From an uncultured virus (IMG/VR IMGVR_UViG_3300048065_001102) (Duplodnaviria; Heunggongvirae; Uroviricota; Caudoviricetes): a DNA stretch of 58,428 nt. The translations under genes were made by a program, and so were the position numbers. The stretch lies in the IMG/VR virus record IMGVR_UViG_3300048065_001102, one strand, 5' to 3'. Positions within the stretch are counted from its first letter, which is position 1. Every line of letters begins with the position of its first letter. Positions 38,214-47,600 of the stretch are shown here, piece by piece. A model generated the notes under the pieces. It ran no database searches, was not told the origin of the DNA, and saw only the letters and a program-made list of their open reading frames with translations.

Positions 38214-39014
38214 CTATAAATCTTTTGTTTCGTTTAAAATCTCATTGAATGACATATTCCACCATTGCTTTGAATTCAAGTTAACATCTGATTTTACGTT
38301 ATTTGTAAATAAACCTATGTATGGTTTAATTAAAATATTCAGTCTTTTTTCAAAACTTATAGCAGGATGTGAGCAATATCCAATGAACTTATCGGCTGCG
38401 TACCGTATACAATTCTTTTTCATATAATCAATTTTACTATCATGTTCAGACCATGCTAACTCAAGTAATTGTCGTGTGACACCCGTGCGTGGTATATCAT
38501 ATGAATATTCAAGTTTATGACCATTTAAATCAGAGAGATCGTGGGTCAACTCAATCAGAGACTTGGCTCCTAAGTAATTAACTGCATATGACTCTGTTCC
38601 ATTAAACCAAAACGGAAGTTTTTCCTGAGTTGTTCTTCTATTAAACTGAATAAGTGTAGGTGCATCTTGTTTCAGTCCATCAAAAATTTTTTGTTGATTA
38701 TACAAGTTTTTGACATTATTAACATCTGCATCATCTTCAAAAACGATTGCACTACCCAACTTATTATCAACTACAAGTTTCCAAAATTTGTAGTGACTTA
38801 AATAACAACCGACTGCTCCTTTACTGTTTTTAAAATAATATTTAGAAAGTTTGTCACCTGGTAACAACTCCAGATTATATTTTCTTAAAGAAACAGAAGG
38901 GTCGCATCTCGTGTCTTCTGCCGAGATGCGACCCATGTTTTGAATTTTTAGTTTTTCAAAGTTGTTCCATCTATGTAATCTGTCATCCAGATTTATAATA
39001 AACGATGGAATCAT
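38214..39014 (-). CDS. GT25 glycosyltransferase
   Basis: FIINLDDR..RW, GAVGCYLSHY..W, IVFEDDA, GTESY. Confidence 0.88.
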   Translation of the reverse strand: MIPSFIINLDDRLHRWNNFEKLKIQNMGRISAEDTRCDPSVSLRKYNLELLPGDKLSKYYFKNSKGAVGCYLSHYKFWKLVVDNKLGSAIVFEDDADVNNVKNLYNQQKIFDGLKQDAPTLIQFNRRTTQEKLPFWFNGTESYAVNYLGAKSLIELTHDLSDLNGHKLEYSYDIPRTGVTRQLLELAWSEHDSKIDYMKKNCIRYAADKFIGYCSHPAISFEKRLNILIKPYIGLFTNNVKSDVNLNSKQWWNMSFNEILNETKDL

Positions 39015-39043
39015 TTTTCTTTTTTTACTTTGTGGTTTGTATC

Positions 39044-40798
39044 TTACAAATCTGCGTCACGTTTCTTTAAGTCACCGATAAATTCTGACCAGTAACTTGC
39101 ACGTTTTCCGTATCCTCTTGCAGGTATATGGGAAAGAGCATAATCTACTACTCTGACATCTGCGAAGTAAGTCGGACTACTTGCACCAAGAAGTTTGAAT
39201 GTGGAAAATCCTATTTTATCTATTTCACTATTAGACATATGAAGATAATTCCAGTCTCCAATTTTTTCGTTAGTCCACAATCCTAGTAAATTTCTATTTT
39301 TTACCAATGTATAGTGAACCCATTCAGAACTGATGTCTTTTACATCACCATTAAACCAATTTTGAGTCTGTAAAGAATTTACCTTAAGCACAGTGTGGTC
39401 TGCTTTCCAACTTGGACCGAATGCATATCCGTCACCATTTGAGTTCTTTAACGACATAATAAAACCACGATGGTCTGTTCTTGCCCAAAAACTAATAGTA
39501 AAATTACCACTTCCATTTAAATTAAAAACATTAAGTGTTTCATCTGCTTTTAACTTTAGAACCTTTGTACGATCAGCAATTCTAAATCCATATTTTGTTC
39601 CATCGGAAGTATGCTCTGTTGTAAAATGAGATTGATCATCCTCTAATGCTCCTTCGGGTGTATTTGGATCATCCACTGGATTTTGTCTAAAAATTCGTGC
39701 ATAATTTCCAAATTTATCCTGAAATAAATTCTTGAATGCGAAATAAGATGAATCGAGATCCATTTCATGTGCAAACTTCAATCTTTTTGCAGGTGGAACT
39801 ATTGTTCTTACATCGTCTTCTTTAAGTTCATTATCGGCAATCCAAATATCGTCAACATAATCTATATAAGTTTGTGCCGAAAATACGAGTGGATCGTTTA
39901 ATTTTTCCATATTAACAATCGTAGGCAATGCACCTACTATTTCTTGAGTAGCCATTCTTACTCCTACTCCGTCATTTAAGTCTGCTCCAAATGATATATT
40001 TTGACCAGAACGAATTATGTAAAAATCTAAATCCTTGTTTACCAAGTTTGCTTTAGTTAAAAATGGAGCAACAAACCAGTTACGAACTCCGTCACCTGCA
40101 TAGAATCCAATTTTTTTAGCAGTTGGGTATAATACAACTGCCATTGCAGGATCGTTTTTCACATCGGAATCAAGAGTTGGTACATCTGTAAATGTATTCA
40201 TATCATATCCTTTACTAACCAAAACAACTCTTTCACTCTGCCAATCTGTGTTTAAATAAGAATCATTCATACTGAACTTAAAATGCAATGTCCATGATTT
40301 GTCGTTTCTTATTGCACCACCGTCTTCTAGGTTCAACATTGTATTATCATTAAATGACAATAATCTGTCTGATGTAACTCCTGTTGATGAAATCCAATTA
40401 GGGTTAGAAATTGTTCCTGCCATCTCACCGTCCACGGACTCGTATATGTCGGTAGGAGTAGATTGTGATCTATCGTTAACATTTGAATTATCATTAAACA
40501 TATCATTTAATGTCCATTTTTTAACAAAGATAACTTGATCAATGCCTTTAGGCAAACCCAAAGAAAGTTTACCAGGTAAACCTGTGATTTCTTTATCATT
40601 TGGTTCTGCAATACCAGCACTTTTATTTAAGTTGTATTGTTCTATTACTTTATCTCTAAAGTTGCTTACTGTTACATCACTTGACCCAGAATCAAGTAAT
40701 GCTTTGACTTGTAAATATGCCCATGATATGTCCAAGTCTTTTCCGGAGAATGATAAATCTCCGTCAAAATCTATATTTTCTTGTATATTTCCACTCAT
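39044..40798 (-). CDS. Protein with two LamG/ConA-like lectin domains and an N-terminal EF-hand/dockerin-like motif
   Basis: SWTLHFKF...YVDDIWIAD..L and NFTISFWAR...WVHYTLV...YFADVRVVDYALS; N-terminal DFDGDLSFSGKDL. Confidence 0.7.
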   Translation of the reverse strand: MSGNIQENIDFDGDLSFSGKDLDISWAYLQVKALLDSGSSDVTVSNFRDKVIEQYNLNKSAGIAEPNDKEITGLPGKLSLGLPKGIDQVIFVKKWTLNDMFNDNSNVNDRSQSTPTDIYESVDGEMAGTISNPNWISSTGVTSDRLLSFNDNTMLNLEDGGAIRNDKSWTLHFKFSMNDSYLNTDWQSERVVLVSKGYDMNTFTDVPTLDSDVKNDPAMAVVLYPTAKKIGFYAGDGVRNWFVAPFLTKANLVNKDLDFYIIRSGQNISFGADLNDGVGVRMATQEIVGALPTIVNMEKLNDPLVFSAQTYIDYVDDIWIADNELKEDDVRTIVPPAKRLKFAHEMDLDSSYFAFKNLFQDKFGNYARIFRQNPVDDPNTPEGALEDDQSHFTTEHTSDGTKYGFRIADRTKVLKLKADETLNVFNLNGSGNFTISFWARTDHRGFIMSLKNSNGDGYAFGPSWKADHTVLKVNSLQTQNWFNGDVKDISSEWVHYTLVKNRNLLGLWTNEKIGDWNYLHMSNSEIDKIGFSTFKLLGASSPTYFADVRVVDYALSHIPARGYGKRASYWSEFIGDLKKRDADL

Positions 40799-40863
40799 TT
40801 GTGTTTTCTCCCTTTTAAGTTAAAGTTTTAAGTGTTTTATTATAAATATAAAACTTTACTAAT

Positions 40864-41097
40864 TTATTTTGATTCTTTTCCTTCTTTTTCTTCTTTGGTT
40901 GCTTTTATATTCGCAATTAAATTTTGTGAAAAAAATGTTTTTGAAGCATTTAGTTGCTCAAATTTAAAATTAAGTTGTTGCATTTGACCTTCTAAGTCAC
41001 GTATTTGCATCACAGATGCTTTATTTTCGTCTGATAACTCACTGAATTTATATTCCGTGTCTTCAATTGTTATCGTAAAATCATTTTGGTCTTCCAT
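40864..41097 (-). CDS. Small coiled-coil protein (DUF6447-like)
   Basis: ITIEDTEY.FSELSDE.K...QI.DL pattern. Confidence 0.65.
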   Translation of the reverse strand: MEDQNDFTITIEDTEYKFSELSDENKASVMQIRDLEGQMQQLNFKFEQLNASKTFFSQNLIANIKATKEEKEGKESK

Positions 41098-41108
41098 TTT
41101 ATTTCCTT

Positions 41109-41324
41109 TTAGTTTGGCATAACAAGTCCAGATAAATCGGCATTTATCGTTGTTTCACCAGGTTGTTGTGTTTTGTTTAAAATTTTAAGCAATCTATCTC
41201 TATATTCACTCCATTCGTGTTCTTCAAAAATTATATTATATTTATATGCGAATTTGTGAAAATCGGAAAAAGACTTAAAATTATTTATTTCGTTTTCAAT
41301 TAACGATTTTTCTAAATTTGTCAT
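41109..41324 (-). CDS. Hypothetical protein
   Basis: ATGA overlap with the guaC stop codon. Confidence 0.55.
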   Translation of the reverse strand: MTNLEKSLIENEINNFKSFSDFHKFAYKYNIIFEEHEWSEYRDRLLKILNKTQQPGETTINADLSGLVMPN

Positions 41325-42337
41325 ACTAATAAGTATTTGGTATTTGACAAAGTTTTCAAGCTGTTTCCACCTGCATAACTTATACTACTTTGTAAATCCA
41401 TTGCCATTTCTCCAAGTTTTTCCATGTATGTTAATTCATTACATGGCACTTCTCGTAACACACCCTCAATATTCTTTGAATGTCCTTTATTATATTGACT
41501 TGCACTTCCATAATATCTCTTATAACACACATCTTTATATTCGGGTGTATAATGTTCAGGACGATAATCCTCATTTTGAAAGAATCCAGTATGCAGAGTT
41601 TTTGTAATGTTTTCAGCAGGAGAATCTACACACTCTGCAAACATTCCCCCCACCATGACCATATCAGCACCAGCACAAATTGCTTTTGCTACATCTCCGT
41701 TGCATTTCACTCCACCATCTGCAATCAATGGAATATTAGCATTCGTTGCACACTCTAACATACAACTAAACATTGGCATAGTAAATCCAGTTTTATCTTT
41801 TGTGGTACACGGACTTCCCTGACCGATTCCAACTTTTATGGAATCTGCACCCCATTCGGTGAGATCACTTACTGCATCAGATGTTGCTACATTGCCTGCA
41901 ATTATGAATACTCGTTCACCGAAAATTTTTCGGATAGATTTTATTGTACTCTTCATTAACATACTATGACCATGTGCAATATCTACTGTAATATAATCAA
42001 TTCTTAGATTGTTATTCTCAATTTTTTTCAATGTTTCAATGTCAGTTTGCTTCACTCCTACACTAATCGAGATTGTTTTCCAATTTTGTTTGTTTGCGGT
42101 TTGTACGAAGTCATAATTATTAATACCAAATCTATGCATTATGTAAAAGAAATTACTATCGGATAATGATTTTGCTAGTTCCGAATTAATAACTGTTTTC
42201 ATGTTCGCAGGAACAATTGGTAAATTAAATTCAGACTTACCAAATTTACAACCTACATTTACAAACTCACGGGTCTCAATTGAACTTAGTTTTGGAACTA
42301 AAACAATATCAGAATATTTTAATAGTTTTTTTGACAT
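41321..42337 (-). CDS. guaC: GMP reductase
   Basis: PIVPANMKTVI, FYIMHRF, SISVGVK, TVDIAHGHS, KVGIGQGSPCTTK.KTGF, ADGG, YYGSAS, DLQSSISYAGG. Confidence 0.95.
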   Translation of the reverse strand: MSKKLLKYSDIVLVPKLSSIETREFVNVGCKFGKSEFNLPIVPANMKTVINSELAKSLSDSNFFYIMHRFGINNYDFVQTANKQNWKTISISVGVKQTDIETLKKIENNNLRIDYITVDIAHGHSMLMKSTIKSIRKIFGERVFIIAGNVATSDAVSDLTEWGADSIKVGIGQGSPCTTKDKTGFTMPMFSCMLECATNANIPLIADGGVKCNGDVAKAICAGADMVMVGGMFAECVDSPAENITKTLHTGFFQNEDYRPEHYTPEYKDVCYKRYYGSASQYNKGHSKNIEGVLREVPCNELTYMEKLGEMAMDLQSSISYAGGNSLKTLSNTKYLLV

Positions 42338-42343
42338 TCATCT

Positions 42344-42372
42344 AATATATTGCATATTAAATTAAATGTCAA
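42344..42372 (-). promoter_or_regulatory. Sigma70-type promoter
   Basis: TTGACA-17 nt-TATATT, ending 6 nt before the guaC ATG. Confidence 0.7.
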
Positions 42373-42380
42373 TTTTTTAC

Positions 42381-42740
42381 TTACAACGCACAATCGTCTT
42401 TGATACGATGTTCATCATCTGCACCTTCACTGCTAAATCTAAAGTTTGGGATTTCTAATGCACCTGTACCTTCTTTCATGATTATTCTATAACTCTTTCC
42501 ACATTCCAATTGTTTTATTGGTTGGATTGAAATTAAGTTTGGATTTGTGTGCAAACCACTTGTCACCACAGTACTTTGTGCGTTATCACTTATACAAAAA
42601 ACCCTTGAAATAGAATCGTGTATGTATGATGCTTCCGAACCAGTGCCTGTGATTAAAAGAAATGGTTCACATTCTCCGCACGTCCCATACCAACCTGCAT
42701 AAAAAGTTGCAGATGTTTCATTTTGTTGTAATAATGCCAT
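42381..42740 (-). CDS. Stand-alone WYG/LECG domain protein
   Basis: FYAGWYGTCGECEPF...LECGKSYRIIMKEG.G.LEIPNF closely matches the N-terminus of the 2856-aa protein; TACTTAT 4 nt upstream. Confidence 0.85.
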   Translation of the reverse strand: MALLQQNETSATFYAGWYGTCGECEPFLLITGTGSEASYIHDSISRVFCISDNAQSTVVTSGLHTNPNLISIQPIKQLECGKSYRIIMKEGTGALEIPNFRFSSEGADDEHRIKDDCAL

Positions 42741-42777
42741 GATTATAAGTATATTATATATTTTATTTTATTGATTA

Positions 42778-45700
42778 TCAATTTCTATAAATCCAAACAT
42801 AATCACCTTTTTGCAATCCTAGATCAGTCTGACTTACTACACCAAACCCCATTCCCCAACCACCTGAAGTTGCATTATAATAATAATCAAATTCAGTAGT
42901 AGTGGTTTCACCGTCTTTTATTAGATATACCATACTACCGTCGGACACATCATCATTTATATTAAGTTTGATATTCTTTGCGTTTTCTGAATATCTAAAC
43001 ATTGAATTAAGTGCCTGACCAGTATATGCAGTTGCCAAGTCATTTGAACTAAAAAATTGCGATATTGTCTGATCAGTATTGGGATCTATATAGTCCGCAT
43101 TTAAAAGATCATAATGATAATCACCAGATTGAAGTTTTGATTGAAAAACTTTCATCTTATATACACCACCCGGTGTCGTATGCCAAACATCACTATTATA
43201 CAAGAGTGAACCCGGTGGGTTTATACATCCTCCAAGTGATGAACCGCAGAATCCGTCTCCAACTGAAAATGGGATCGTGGCATTGGCCACTCCGTGACCT
43301 GCGGTATCTAATGATATTGTATGTGCTGAAATATCCACAGCTATAACATCTGCGACTTCATCATTGTGTATTACCTTGCTTAATTGGGACAGTCCACCAC
43401 TCAATCTGTGTGAATTTATATCAATCGTAAATGGTTCTGCGTTTGATGTATCAACTACATATCCTTTATCTTTAAAAACCCCAAGTGTAATACTGCTTAG
43501 TAAATCTCCTTCATCATCGACAGGTGTCATTGACTCTGTATTTAGAGGTGGATGATAAAATCCACCTATAAATCGTGGAGCATCACTTTCGTCACCTTCC
43601 TCGAAATGGCCTCCGGCAGAATTCTCACCATAATTATCTTCCAAAGGAATTCCAGCGATGTTATTTCTAACAGACTCATCAGATATTGCATTTTTATATG
43701 CCTCTAATCCGTGGGTTCCTGTGTAATAGTATTTGTCCACGCCGTCTTCTGTGTAAGTAACCACAGGTGCATCTGGTATAATACTTGTATCAAGTAATAC
43801 ACTATTAAAACCTAATACATGAGCAAGTTCATGTCTTATTGTATAATATAAAGCAGAATGATTGTTTTTAATTTCATCAAAATGTCCAGAATCAATATAT
43901 TTTCTGTTTATTCTCACCCACCCATTCTCAGGGAATGTATTTGCGAATACAAAATTATTATTTACTTTTGGCCCACTTGCACCAACAAAAGTTCCTCTTG
44001 CCAATGTGTTTTCGTATAATGAACTACCTGCGTTATTTGGAATGGAGTTATTGAAGACACCATGATCTTCAACCCAAACATCAACTTCAATTTGTTGATC
44101 ACCACCACCTTTGTAATCTACCCAAAACTGAGGATATCTTAATGTGTCATTCCAGTAATCAAAAGCATCTACGAGATTTTGATATAAAGCAGTATCAGTT
44201 GCAAGATAATTGGTTATATTTCCATTTGCGTCAGTTGTTACTTCTGTGACACTATTTAATTTTAACAAAGGTGGCACAAAAGGTGTTGGAGTTGGACTTG
44301 GTACAGGATTACTATCATACATACTTACTTCTATATCATTTTTGTACAACCATACCGTATCACCCGCAGAAAGTCCTAAATCTGTGCTTGCTTCTATAAA
44401 CAACCCAAAACCCTTACCATCAGCAGTTCCGTCTCTTAAACTTGTAAATGGTGTAGGAGTTGTTTCACCTTCTTTAATAATATAAACCTGCTGACCACTT
44501 GGAGTATTTGAATTTAGATTATGCGAAAAATTGTCTGCTTTACTTAAAAATCCAGACGTCAACCCATATATTGTTCTACGAGAATTAGCACTATTATCTG
44601 CTGACCGCATGAAATTACTTCTGTAATTCATGTTATAAAATGTATCGTCATAAAAAACATCAGTTTTGTCATCATCATTTATTATCAACTCTATCTTATA
44701 CCGATCACTTGGTCCTAAATTAAAGTTTCCGTCAACATTACTATCCCAAACGTGTCTTACTACCATTTTAAAAACAGGTGCAGGATTACTATCGTAAATT
44801 TCGTAGTTACTTGCATCGTCAAATCCTCCGTCTAACGGTTCACCTAAATTTGATTTATACGCATCTCCTTTAATATATTGAACATTAGATATGTCAATTG
44901 CACCGTCTCCTTGCGTGGAAAGGTTCATTGTACCGTGGTCTATATCCACATTCACTACATCAACGATTCCACCTTCATAAATTACTTTATGAAGTTTATC
45001 AATATACCCACTTGAAGAATAAACATCAGGTGTTGGAGTTGGTGATGGAGTTGGAGTCGGAGTTGGTAAATCTGTTCCATAAAACAAATTTTCAATTATT
45101 AAATCACCACCATTATATACACCATTTGTAAGAGGATAAGGTAAATCATTTAGTGCGACAGTACTCGAACTTCCCGAGGTTGTTGACCACCACCAAGTTG
45201 AACTATAATCCTCATACCAAATTTGAGTATTTGAATTAAAATCTCCATTTTTGTAATAGTGTGGATAATGTATAAGATTGGTATCTACTGCATATTTCCC
45301 TCCAATCGATGAATTATTTTTATACCTTATTGTGAATCCATACAGACCTGTAAATGCCACCTGAGTTGGTGTTGGTGTTGCACTTGGTGTTGGTGTTGCA
45401 CTTGGTGTTGCACTTGGTGTTGGTGTTGCATTTGAATTTGATTCACATTCAGTTTGACTTCTACACACCTTTATATTTGCATAGTCTGCTCCATCGGATG
45501 TAAAAGGTGAATGTTTTTCTGTCCCATCACCATATGACACATCTACTACCATACCATTATCATATAAAGCATGAGAACCATAACATAACCAATTACAATC
45601 TAAATTTGACCAACCACGATATAAAAATTTGTATCCATTTGAATTTTCGTAAGTATGAGCATCCATATACTCCATAGGATAGTTTACAAGACCCGTGTAT

Positions 45701-47250
45701 TCATAAGTACCAAGTAAATTATCTGATATGGTAACTAAGTCAGTTGGATCTTTTCTATCTATATAAAAAGACGATGGAATATCTATGGGAGTTGGAGTTG
45801 GTGTTGGAGATGGTTCTACAACCTCTGACTCAAGCAATATATTTATTTCACCACCCCACGATGCACCAAAACTTGTAACCAATGTAGCAGGTCCTCCTCC
45901 CGGATCGGATTGAATATATGGCATACTGTCACTTAACGAAAATACTAAATGATGTAGTTCAGAAATCGATGAGTTCCAATTTGGTTCTTTGTAATCTAAA
46001 ATAATCACTCTACTTGGATTATTTTCATTTTCATAGTAATCAAAAAAGGTTTCTCCTGTATCATCTGTTAAATAATATCCTGAGAAATCTCTTGCAGGTA
46101 TTTTTCTTGTGTAATAACCAAAAAAACTATGATGTAAAAACCCACTTGTATCTTCCAAATAAATTCTAGTAGGATATCCACTTACACCTGAAGGTGTAGG
46201 AGTAGGTGATGGTGTGGGTGTTGGTGCGTTTGGATGGTAATCAAATGTACATGGAAGTTCACCTAAATCGAAAATTTGTTTAAACTGCGTATTATTGTTA
46301 GTAAAATCAAAACGATCAAAAGTAATACCATAAACAAGTTTTATATTTTCTCCATCTCTCCATTCATCAAATTCTATACCAGCTAAAGTATTCTTAGTAA
46401 AAGTATTACGATAAAAACAATTTTCTCCAGTTGTAAATTCATTATCAATTACTTCGTTGTTAAGCAATGCACGTGATAACATTTCATCGTTCAAGTTTGT
46501 TGCACCTGAATGGTCTTTGCCTAAATAAAATTTAGTTTCTGTAAAATCTGAACATCTATTTATATTACTTTCAAATCCCACAACAGCAAATGGATTTGTA
46601 TCAACTATTTGATTATTATTATTTAAAAAATCCTGCTCTATTTGTTTATATGTAGTGTTATCAGATTCTTTTACAATATAAAAATTTAAATTTATAGAAT
46701 CAAGAAAGTTATTTGTATTGTTTGATTCATAGGTAGCTGAATCACTTAAACTAGGATCGGTTAATGCATCAAAGTCAACTTTTAAGTTGTCAAATGTAAA
46801 TAATCCGTATAACCCACTGCCTGTAAGATCATTTATATCCTGATCAACTGTGTAATTTATATTTCCTGATATAAAGTTCTTCAAAGTAGATGAGGTTGGT
46901 GTGGGATTTTGATTAGGTTCTTCAAATCGCATTCCTTTAACCATTTTATATGTAAACGAATAATAAAAATTACCGTCCATGTCTGTAAATTGATACGGAA
47001 GTGCAAATTGTTCGTATTCCCAAGTATTTGTAGTTTCATCGTAAGTTTCTAATTGTATATTTAAGTAAACTTCCGGTGTATTCATATTCATAGTTGTATT
47101 ATCAACCACTAAATAAAAATATCGTTTTGAAGATGCAAAAAATGTAGGATCGTCAAAATCCATAACATTAGTTAATACCAAATCTTCATCACAACCACGC
47201 AAATTTACTATTGCGGTTGTGCCATCATCTTTATTGTAATCATATCCCAT
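42778..47250 (-). CDS. Large (1490 aa) PT-linked modular protein with leishmanolysin/M8-like zinc metalloprotease domain
   Basis: RHELAHVLGF...IPLED..G..SAGGHFEE...ESMTP...SSITLG.FKD.GY; several PT linkers; a duplicated domain flanks the protease. Confidence 0.85.
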   Translation of the reverse strand: MGYDYNKDDGTTAIVNLRGCDEDLVLTNVMDFDDPTFFASSKRYFYLVVDNTTMNMNTPEVYLNIQLETYDETTNTWEYEQFALPYQFTDMDGNFYYSFTYKMVKGMRFEEPNQNPTPTSSTLKNFISGNINYTVDQDINDLTGSGLYGLFTFDNLKVDFDALTDPSLSDSATYESNNTNNFLDSINLNFYIVKESDNTTYKQIEQDFLNNNNQIVDTNPFAVVGFESNINRCSDFTETKFYLGKDHSGATNLNDEMLSRALLNNEVIDNEFTTGENCFYRNTFTKNTLAGIEFDEWRDGENIKLVYGITFDRFDFTNNNTQFKQIFDLGELPCTFDYHPNAPTPTPSPTPTPSGVSGYPTRIYLEDTSGFLHHSFFGYYTRKIPARDFSGYYLTDDTGETFFDYYENENNPSRVIILDYKEPNWNSSISELHHLVFSLSDSMPYIQSDPGGGPATLVTSFGASWGGEINILLESEVVEPSPTPTPTPIDIPSSFYIDRKDPTDLVTISDNLLGTYEYTGLVNYPMEYMDAHTYENSNGYKFLYRGWSNLDCNWLCYGSHALYDNGMVVDVSYGDGTEKHSPFTSDGADYANIKVCRSQTECESNSNATPTPSATPSATPTPSATPTPTQVAFTGLYGFTIRYKNNSSIGGKYAVDTNLIHYPHYYKNGDFNSNTQIWYEDYSSTWWWSTTSGSSSTVALNDLPYPLTNGVYNGGDLIIENLFYGTDLPTPTPTPSPTPTPDVYSSSGYIDKLHKVIYEGGIVDVVNVDIDHGTMNLSTQGDGAIDISNVQYIKGDAYKSNLGEPLDGGFDDASNYEIYDSNPAPVFKMVVRHVWDSNVDGNFNLGPSDRYKIELIINDDDKTDVFYDDTFYNMNYRSNFMRSADNSANSRRTIYGLTSGFLSKADNFSHNLNSNTPSGQQVYIIKEGETTPTPFTSLRDGTADGKGFGLFIEASTDLGLSAGDTVWLYKNDIEVSMYDSNPVPSPTPTPFVPPLLKLNSVTEVTTDANGNITNYLATDTALYQNLVDAFDYWNDTLRYPQFWVDYKGGGDQQIEVDVWVEDHGVFNNSIPNNAGSSLYENTLARGTFVGASGPKVNNNFVFANTFPENGWVRINRKYIDSGHFDEIKNNHSALYYTIRHELAHVLGFNSVLLDTSIIPDAPVVTYTEDGVDKYYYTGTHGLEAYKNAISDESVRNNIAGIPLEDNYGENSAGGHFEEGDESDAPRFIGGFYHPPLNTESMTPVDDEGDLLSSITLGVFKDKGYVVDTSNAEPFTIDINSHRLSGGLSQLSKVIHNDEVADVIAVDISAHTISLDTAGHGVANATIPFSVGDGFCGSSLGGCINPPGSLLYNSDVWHTTPGGVYKMKVFQSKLQSGDYHYDLLNADYIDPNTDQTISQFFSSNDLATAYTGQALNSMFRYSENAKNIKLNINDDVSDGSMVYLIKDGETTTTEFDYYYNATSGGWGMGFGVVSQTDLGLQKGDYVWIYRN

Positions 47251-47268
47251 GCTTATAAGTATAAATTA

Positions 47269-47556
47269 TTATAATAATTCTATAAAAAGTCTAGGATTTT
47301 CAAAATATTCAACAAGTTTTTGTGTGGTACTTTTATTTAGTTTTGATGTAAAAAAGTTTAAAGAAAGTTTACATTTATCGTTGAGTTCTAACAACCTTGA
47401 ATAACATCCAAGCACAGAACCAAATTCATCACAATAAGTCGCATCACTTATTTTTATTAACTCACTATCAAACGAATAAAAGTTATATATAAAGACAGAA
47501 TCATCTTCATTTGTTTGCTTTATTTCAAGTTTAATTGGTTTGACTTGTTCCCACAT
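47269..47556 (-). CDS. Hypothetical protein
   Basis: ATG 47556 (MWEQVKP) avoids overlap with the divergent helicase gene. Confidence 0.5.
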   Translation of the reverse strand: MWEQVKPIKLEIKQTNEDDSVFIYNFYSFDSELIKISDATYCDEFGSVLGCYSRLLELNDKCKLSLNFFTSKLNKSTTQKLVEYFENPRLFIELL

Positions 47557-47569
47557 AATATCATATAAT
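47540..47569 (+). promoter_or_regulatory. Sigma70-type promoter for the helicase
   Basis: TTGACT-18 nt-TATAAT, 31 nt upstream of ATG 47601. Confidence 0.55.
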
Positions 47570-47600
47570 ACTTGATTATATATATGCAAAATATCTAAAA

